Positions 60,101-64,000 of a stretch of DNA of 64,000 nucleotides are shown here, piece after piece (the first letter of the stretch is position 1; each line of letters starts with the position of its first letter). Below the pieces are notes generated by a model. The model searched no databases and was not told the DNA's origin. It saw only the letters and a program-made list of their open reading frames with translations. The translations under genes and the position numbers were made by a program. Source of the stretch: Rhynchopus sp. YZ270_cl-10 (Eukaryota); assembly GCA_964035575.1 (NCBI GenBank), contig OZ037837.1, positions 620,001-684,000 on the forward strand. Direction: 5' to 3'.

Positions 60101-60646
60101 GTTGTGTTCTTTGTCGCCAAGATACGTCTGTGAATTGTCTCCTCGTTTGCCATTTTTAATGTCCTCTGAATTGTCTCCTTTTTTGTTTTGTTCTCTGTTG
60201 TCCTGATAGGCCCGTGAATTGTCTCCTCGTTTGTCGCATTTTGAATTGTCTCCTCTTTTGTTATGTTCTTTGTCGCCCTGGTTTGTCTGTGAATTGTCTC
60301 CCTGTTTGTCGTCTTTAAATTTATTTGAATTGTCTCCTCTTTTGTTGTGTTCTTTGTCGCCAAGATACGTCTGTGAATTGTCTCCTCGTTTGCCAATTTT
60401 AATTTCCTCTGAATTGTCTCCTTTTTTGTTTTGTTCTCTGTTGTCCTGATAGGCCCGTGAATTGTCTCCTCGTTTGTCGCATTTTGAATTGTCTCCTCTT
60501 TTGTTATGTTCTTTGTCGCCCTGGTTTGTCTGTGAATTGTCTCCCTGTTTGTCGTCTTTAAATTTATTTGAATTGTCTCCTCTTTTGTTTTGTTCTTTGT
60601 CGCCATGATACGTCTTTGGATTGTCCCTTCGTCCCCTGTCAGTCAA
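57188..60646 (-). CDS. Reverse transcriptase + RNase H ORF; N-terminal half overlaps the YR ORF; true start uncertain
   Basis: LRFVVDGRKLN, VLSDARSWFYQI, LAMGWSFAP, WIDNF; RNase H WSDAS / KELYA / VDNLS / ADRFTR. Confidence 0.92.
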   Translation of the reverse strand: MTDRGRRDNPKTYHGDKEQNKRGDNSNKFKDDKQGDNSQTNQGDKEHNKRGDNSKCDKRGDNSRAYQDNREQNKKGDNSEEIKIGKRGDNSQTYLGDKEHNKRGDNSNKFKDDKQGDNSQTNQGDKEHNKRGDNSKCDKRGDNSRAYQDNREQNKKGDNSEDIKNGKRGDNSQTYLGDKEHNKRGDNSKYDKRGDNSRLFADNKGDKSEAISQQTRRQFRGRAAPAEPQPERFAGRKTSFAPRTSTTEGNATHRRTSSTGHGEGAAHSVTGVIGVVHGGAAKRVAPSERVQNKLGATHEDRVRVRRGDHSVVREEANNGKHASISSVTNLNRSVGSAETNDEYENRRFATVGRLPTGTEEIGSAEADDPSTSGDNRGDTQGYIFSQKPIAEAGVDDDVARGSTMLRRVGPQSRRNFDERPYCTDWGPLGRHEVRPFPPRETHRNGYGSVDVESFKGSDEKIEGLRPTIQRPLLQDNRQIVEKSKSEPHPSLPKARSGAPSQQQEGTVGTDPDDHATRHGGRSHPLLAERRSATGRADDSAIEAPAPKRLKFVHEAPIPQALKIPKYPRSYDHDPIPVYNKEGPSDDLPADSEQTFIQTILEDSQSPSEDAGLLSLYDNSLCVRSSATNIRPPAEARAGGTDQDYIAAISRGRICLDTLESLDKENELEDILQIIRKRETFVSHLKEGWDKQAGIRRGTSRHMAQHLDTLIDFGVLSRTSAPQEVILHAFTVEKKSGGLRFVVDGRKLNRSMGPPPQMRLPHITAVIHRIVNSNWVVLSDARSWFYQIEVDQSIRPFFGVNTAGERGQFTRTVLNCLAMGWSFAPAIAQRCSRVLLPEEFGICWIDNFIVIQQSREEAVAQFSSFCERCDKANVELNMDDPTYGTPTQQFCVFGVEFNLEKHTFRSEPAWLEKFVQKDELAALRTGKLTPRQFYVVFGCIVWHSYTTHTPLCTLPAAITFVQNLASKTLQNVLLWDIHVEVPPSVIFEVRKRISLMTTNSWILQPPTKAITVWSDASKAEWAAILEDDEDEKVAQGTFGAGHEETSIFLKELYAAAKSVLLAAKYTSACTVHMKVDNLSAVFCIERGHSSNFAANAILSEMFAAAKQNGMTLRCAHVGTKQQRADRFTRGDKAKTNEQLQAITSLFESAARPY
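58999..60606 (-). CDS. Tyrosine recombinase with repetitive N-terminus
   Basis: Catalytic set: AARCSDVL (R), DTKSD (K), HSLRRG (HxxR), TRH...LIRY (H, Y). Confidence 0.92.
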   Translation of the reverse strand: MATKNKTKEETIQINLKTTNRETIHRQTRATKNITKEETIQNATNEETIHGPIRTTENKTKKETIQRKLKLANEETIHRRILATKNTTKEETIQINLKTTNRETIHRQTRATKNITKEETIQNATNEETIHGPIRTTENKTKKETIQRTLKMANEETIHRRILATKNTTKEETILNTTNEETIRDCLPTIKETKVKPSANKRGDNSGAAPPLQNLSLSALLVERPPSHLGRPRQKEMPLTAEQARLVMAKAQHTLSQALSGSYMGELRSVWRRLNEFKTNWEQHMKTELGYDEAIILWLEKKRTMENMLPSAALQTSIVASAALKRMTNTKTEGSQLLADYQRALRRLGALKPTTQAPPATTEEIRKAISLAKNPSLKLALTMMWQGAARCSDVLGLKAEEISMNDHTAQIGVHWVDTKSDPFRLGKHTGMDMAPSMLKALKGQMKKSKGSDRLFKDLSYRTIGKSLKRVNQNLTPHSLRRGAAHHLNNKRVPLEQIQMITRHDTVEGLIRYLPKGGLQRVEQTTLLSKPLHLND

Positions 60647-61707
60647 CGTCTGGGCCCTGCGTACCTTCTTAACTCCTTTCCCGTGTTGCCCCAGTAGTCT
60701 CGGTCGCGCCCCCTCGCATCGTCTCCTCCCCTGTCCCTGTCGTCTCTCTTCTCCTTGGCGTCCCTCCCTGAATCCCGCGTCTTCGATACCTCTGTGTGCG
60801 TCTGCTTCTTTGCCGTGTCCAGAATGCGTGCCTGGATGACTTTTGAGAAGTCATCCACCGCGTATCCCTTTGCTTTAGACTCGTACATCATCCTTCCGGC
60901 AGCATTAGCCCCAATAATTGTGGTCGAGGTGAGTTCTACTATGGTGTTGTGTATGGGCGTCAGGAACTTGGTTGCGGGTGGGTCCTCTGAGTCCTCGATC
61001 AGCGCTAGGGAGTTGTCCAGCGCCTCGAAGCATCTTAGGACGCCCTTTTGATACTCGAGCGCGTTATCAAAAGTGGGTAGGGTCGACTCCCTGAATGCCT
61101 TTCCTACCTTTTCCCTGATCTCCTTTCTGATGCGGCTGTTTTGGATGTTTTTCCAGGTTGCAACAACATACGGCGAGAAATCAGCGTCGAGTGCCGTTTG
61201 CTGGGCCTTCTTGATAAACTCTATAGTTTTCTTGAGACTCTCGTTCTCCTGTTGCAGAAGATCCAAACGTGCAAAAGTGTGCATGAAAAGCTTCTTAGCG
61301 GTTTCCGGAATCATTGCGAGGAGCCCTTCCACCGTGTCCTCTGCGTCGTCGTCCTCCTCGTCCTGCTGCTGCTGCTCGATCGGCTTTTCCTTTTTCACCT
61401 TCGTTCTTGGCGCACGTCTCCACGCGCACACCGGACACACCCATCTCTCTGTCTTCTTGAGGAAGTCTGTGATCACCCCTTCAGGGATTAGCCCCGTGTT
61501 CCGCATGCACGTCTTCGTGCACTGTCTGCCGCAGCCCATGCAGCCAAGGACACCCTTTTTGTGCATGACACCGCACGAAGGAAAAATGCACTCATCTTCG
61601 GTGTCCGGTTCCATTGCATTTGCTTTGGGGACTGGGGGTTTGATCTGGTCCCAAATGACCTTATCCCCCCCCGGCCAGCTATCCCAGGGAACAGCCACAG
61701 ATGACAT
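60643..61707 (-). CDS. Gag-like ORF1 with PHD-like zinc finger and coiled coil (354 aa)
   Basis: First ATG after the A1 repeat (MSSVAVPW); CIFPSC...CMGC...CTKTC...WVCPVC; LDLLQQENESLKKTIEFIK heptads. Confidence 0.85.
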   Translation of the reverse strand: MSSVAVPWDSWPGGDKVIWDQIKPPVPKANAMEPDTEDECIFPSCGVMHKKGVLGCMGCGRQCTKTCMRNTGLIPEGVITDFLKKTERWVCPVCAWRRAPRTKVKKEKPIEQQQQDEEDDDAEDTVEGLLAMIPETAKKLFMHTFARLDLLQQENESLKKTIEFIKKAQQTALDADFSPYVVATWKNIQNSRIRKEIREKVGKAFRESTLPTFDNALEYQKGVLRCFEALDNSLALIEDSEDPPATKFLTPIHNTIVELTSTTIIGANAAGRMMYESKAKGYAVDDFSKVIQARILDTAKKQTHTEVSKTRDSGRDAKEKRDDRDRGGDDARGRDRDYWGNTGKELRRYAGPRR

Positions 61708-62461
61708 AGTTTCTTTTTGTTTGTTTGTTTGTTTGTTTTTTTTTTTTTTTTTTTTCAAACCCCAAAAGTCCCGAAAACCCCGAAAAACCCGCGTCCTGAA
61801 GTACGGTGGAGAGGTGGAGCACAAGGGGGGAAGGGGAAAACGGTAAAACTCATGACAATCGACGAGCGCGTCTTTCATTTCCAGACGTATTGCATACTCG
61901 TACAAAAAAAAAAAAAAAAAAAAGAGGGGATTTTTGGGCACTTTTGGGCACTTTTGGGGGGCCCTCGCCCGACCCCCAGATCTCCCAAATGACTGGAATG
62001 ATGGAATCTTAAAATTTTCGCTCGCTGCGCTTGCAGAGGTACCGTACCCCTTATTTTTTTTTTAGCCTGCGCCAATTTCCTTTTTTGCTCCGCGAAAAAG
62101 GGTTTGTTGAGTGGCTGTGTGGTTGTAAACCAGCATTTTTACACCGTACCCTATTTTTTTTCGCCTGCGGCGCCATTTATTTTTTACCATACGGTTAGTG
62201 GAACGTAAGGTGCAAGACCAAGCTCCGTAACAAGGGATTACATTCCGTTTTTTTTTTGTCATCTCGCAATTTGACCTTTCGCCTCTCCACTCAGGGAGGC
62301 TTGCGCGAAGCGCGCAACGACCGCTTTCGACCGGGCGAAAAAAAATTTTTCGTTTTCGCATAATTCCTGATTTTGGAGGAAAACCAAGCTATTTCCCTGC
62401 AACTGACAGCCACAAAAAAAAAAAAAAAAAATGCTGTTTTTTTTTTCCTCAACGTCACCTC

Positions 62462-63060
62462 CAGGGTATTAGGGTGAAAATCCAAAATCCCGGAAAAAAC
62501 TGGTTTTTCTGGTTTTCTCTCCTGGGCGGCAAAAACTAGTGTTTCTGGCGAAAACCTCCACCGTTGACGGACACAGTCACCCCTTTCGAGTTTTTCGGTC
62601 AGTGTCTTATCCAGGAATCCGATTTCAAAATATTTTTCGGCGCTGCTGACCCAGGGTAGACATTGGGAACATAGGGACTGCATTTTTTTTTGCGGAGCAA
62701 AAAAATAATATAAAATGGCGCCGCAGGCGAAAATTTTTTGAGGGTACGGTGTAAAAATCTAGCTTTTTACACCACAGAGCCACTCAAACGAACCCTTTTT
62801 TACGGAGCAAAAAATGAAAAATGGCGCCGCAGGCAAAAAAAATTCAAGGAACAGCCATTTCCCAAAGGCACTCCCGTGGTTCAACCACGGTTCTACCAGG
62901 CGGGGAAAAAATGCGGGGAAAAAAATCGAGTCCGCCCTAATCTGGGGACGACATTTACAGAAAGGCCTGGTGAAAAGTGTCGGTTTTTTTTTCCCCTCCA
63001 GATTTCTCTGTTTTTTTTTTTTTTTTGAAAACCAGTTTTTTTAACCACCCTAATACCCTG
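62462..63060. mobile_element. hAT-type MITE family 1, copy 3 (opposite orientation)
   Basis: Same TIR; perfect 8-bp TSD gtcacctc at 62454-62461 and 63061-63068. Confidence 0.93.
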
Positions 63061-63081
63061 GTCACCTCACCTCCCTCGCAA

Positions 63082-63510
63082 TCAGACCAACACCTGCAGG
63101 TCCGCGTTGTCCATGGCTACACAGTGTGCCTTTGCCTTTTCGCTGAGTTGCTTGCGGAGCTCTGGACCAGCGTCGTTCATGGCACACGGGGAGCATGGGG
63201 CAGAACACTCCTTTGCTTCGGTATCGTGGTCCACCCCAAGCAGCTGAAGCAGAGGTGTACACACACGCATGTGACGCATCATATGCAACGTTAACAGCAC
63301 GCCTGTCACAGCAGCGAACACCCACAGGAAGAAGCGTACAACAGAGTCTGACGACCTGTGCTCGAAGTGTACCAGAAGCACAGTCTCTTCGCGGTAAAGC
63401 TGAGGACGTGACGCATCAGATGCAGAGTGGTGTGTGCCATGTGTGTCATGTGTTGCAGATGCACACATCACGCAGGACGTAGCAAAGATCAACGCACGAA
63501 AGATGGACAT
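63082..63510 (-). CDS. Small predicted membrane protein (142 aa): signal peptide + one TM
   Basis: MSIFRALIFATSCVMCASA; FFLWVFAAVTGVLLTL; preceded by a polypyrimidine tract and AG (ctcctcctcccccag). Confidence 0.7.
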   Translation of the reverse strand: MSIFRALIFATSCVMCASATHDTHGTHHSASDASRPQLYREETVLLVHFEHRSSDSVVRFFLWVFAAVTGVLLTLHMMRHMRVCTPLLQLLGVDHDTEAKECSAPCSPCAMNDAGPELRKQLSEKAKAHCVAMDNADLQVLV

Positions 63511-64000
63511 CGTGTCAAAGATGTGAAGTGTTTGTAGCTGGGGGAGGAGGAGGAGGAGGAGAGTGCTATTGGAGTGAGGGAAACAGTGAGGGGAATACAA
63601 AATGTGGAGGGGGGAAAAAGGGGCGTTTTTATGGTGTGAATCGGAACCCAAATTCCCCGTAGTTCTACCAGGGGGAACCGGGAATTCCGACACACCCCGT
63701 TCGCCCGTATTTTTCCGGCCTGGTTCCGACCAGAGGTTGTGCTCTGCTCCAACCCGCCCCAGAATAGAAAAAAAGGAAGGGAAGGGTATGGTGTTCAATT
63801 TCCTTTTTAGCATTACATGGAATCATACAAAAAAAAGTGTAATCCGTGCATTCAGTGAAGATTTGATTCTGAGTTGGAAAACGGAGAAAGATCAAAACAC
63901 TGATGCAGGGAAAGGCGTCGTCCTTCTTCTTCTCCTCGATGATGTCGCGTGACGTGTACCAGACCGACGTCCCGCTCGTCTCGGATTCGAAGCACGTCTG

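Larger units (their letters stand above)
56815..61907 (-). mobile_element. Tyrosine-recombinase retrotransposon (DIRS order, VIPER/TATE-like gene order gag-YR-RT/RH) with split direct repeats
   Basis: A1 61756-61903 = A2 56971-57118; B1 57119-57180 = B2 56815-56876; three uninterrupted ORFs; no TSD, ends in A/T runs. Confidence 0.93.

Noticed and set aside
59990..60625. CRISPR-like look (constant 11-bp core with spacers)
   Set aside because: Spacers are themselves repeated, triplet-length and coding; eukaryotic context with no cas genes
63665..64000. Minus frame open from the window edge
   Set aside because: Could be a gene end, but too little sequence and it runs into an interspersed repeat

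Overview
Eukaryotic nuclear DNA, most likely from a euglenozoan protist. An SSU rRNA 3'-end fragment reads GTTGCTGTAGGTGAACCTGCAGCAGGATCA, and VIPER/TATE-order and CRE-like retroelements are present. A diplonemid-like host is an inference, not proven. All host-like genes lie on the minus strand: an expanded ankyrin family (7 ORFs plus 1 frameshifted copy), two Ubl+WD40-like genes, one B-box/coiled-coil/Ubl/LRR gene, and three predicted membrane/surface proteins, one with a GT-AG intron. Intergenic DNA is rich in nested MITEs (hAT-type with 8-bp TSDs; TA-flanked), a 1.27-kb near-perfect foldback, and relics of hAT transposase, Helitron Rep and an RLE-type non-LTR retrotransposon. The most notable region is 50.2-61.9 kb. 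It holds an apparently intact tyrosine-recombinase (YR) retrotransposon (gag/PHD, YR, RT/RNase H; identical split direct repeats A1..B1-A2..B2 joined at TTTT cores). Next to it is a second, non-coding module with the same TTTT-joined split-repeat topology carrying two unrelated cargo segments, which could be a YR-mobilised cassette array (hypothesis). No database searches were run; domain calls come from motif recognition by eye.
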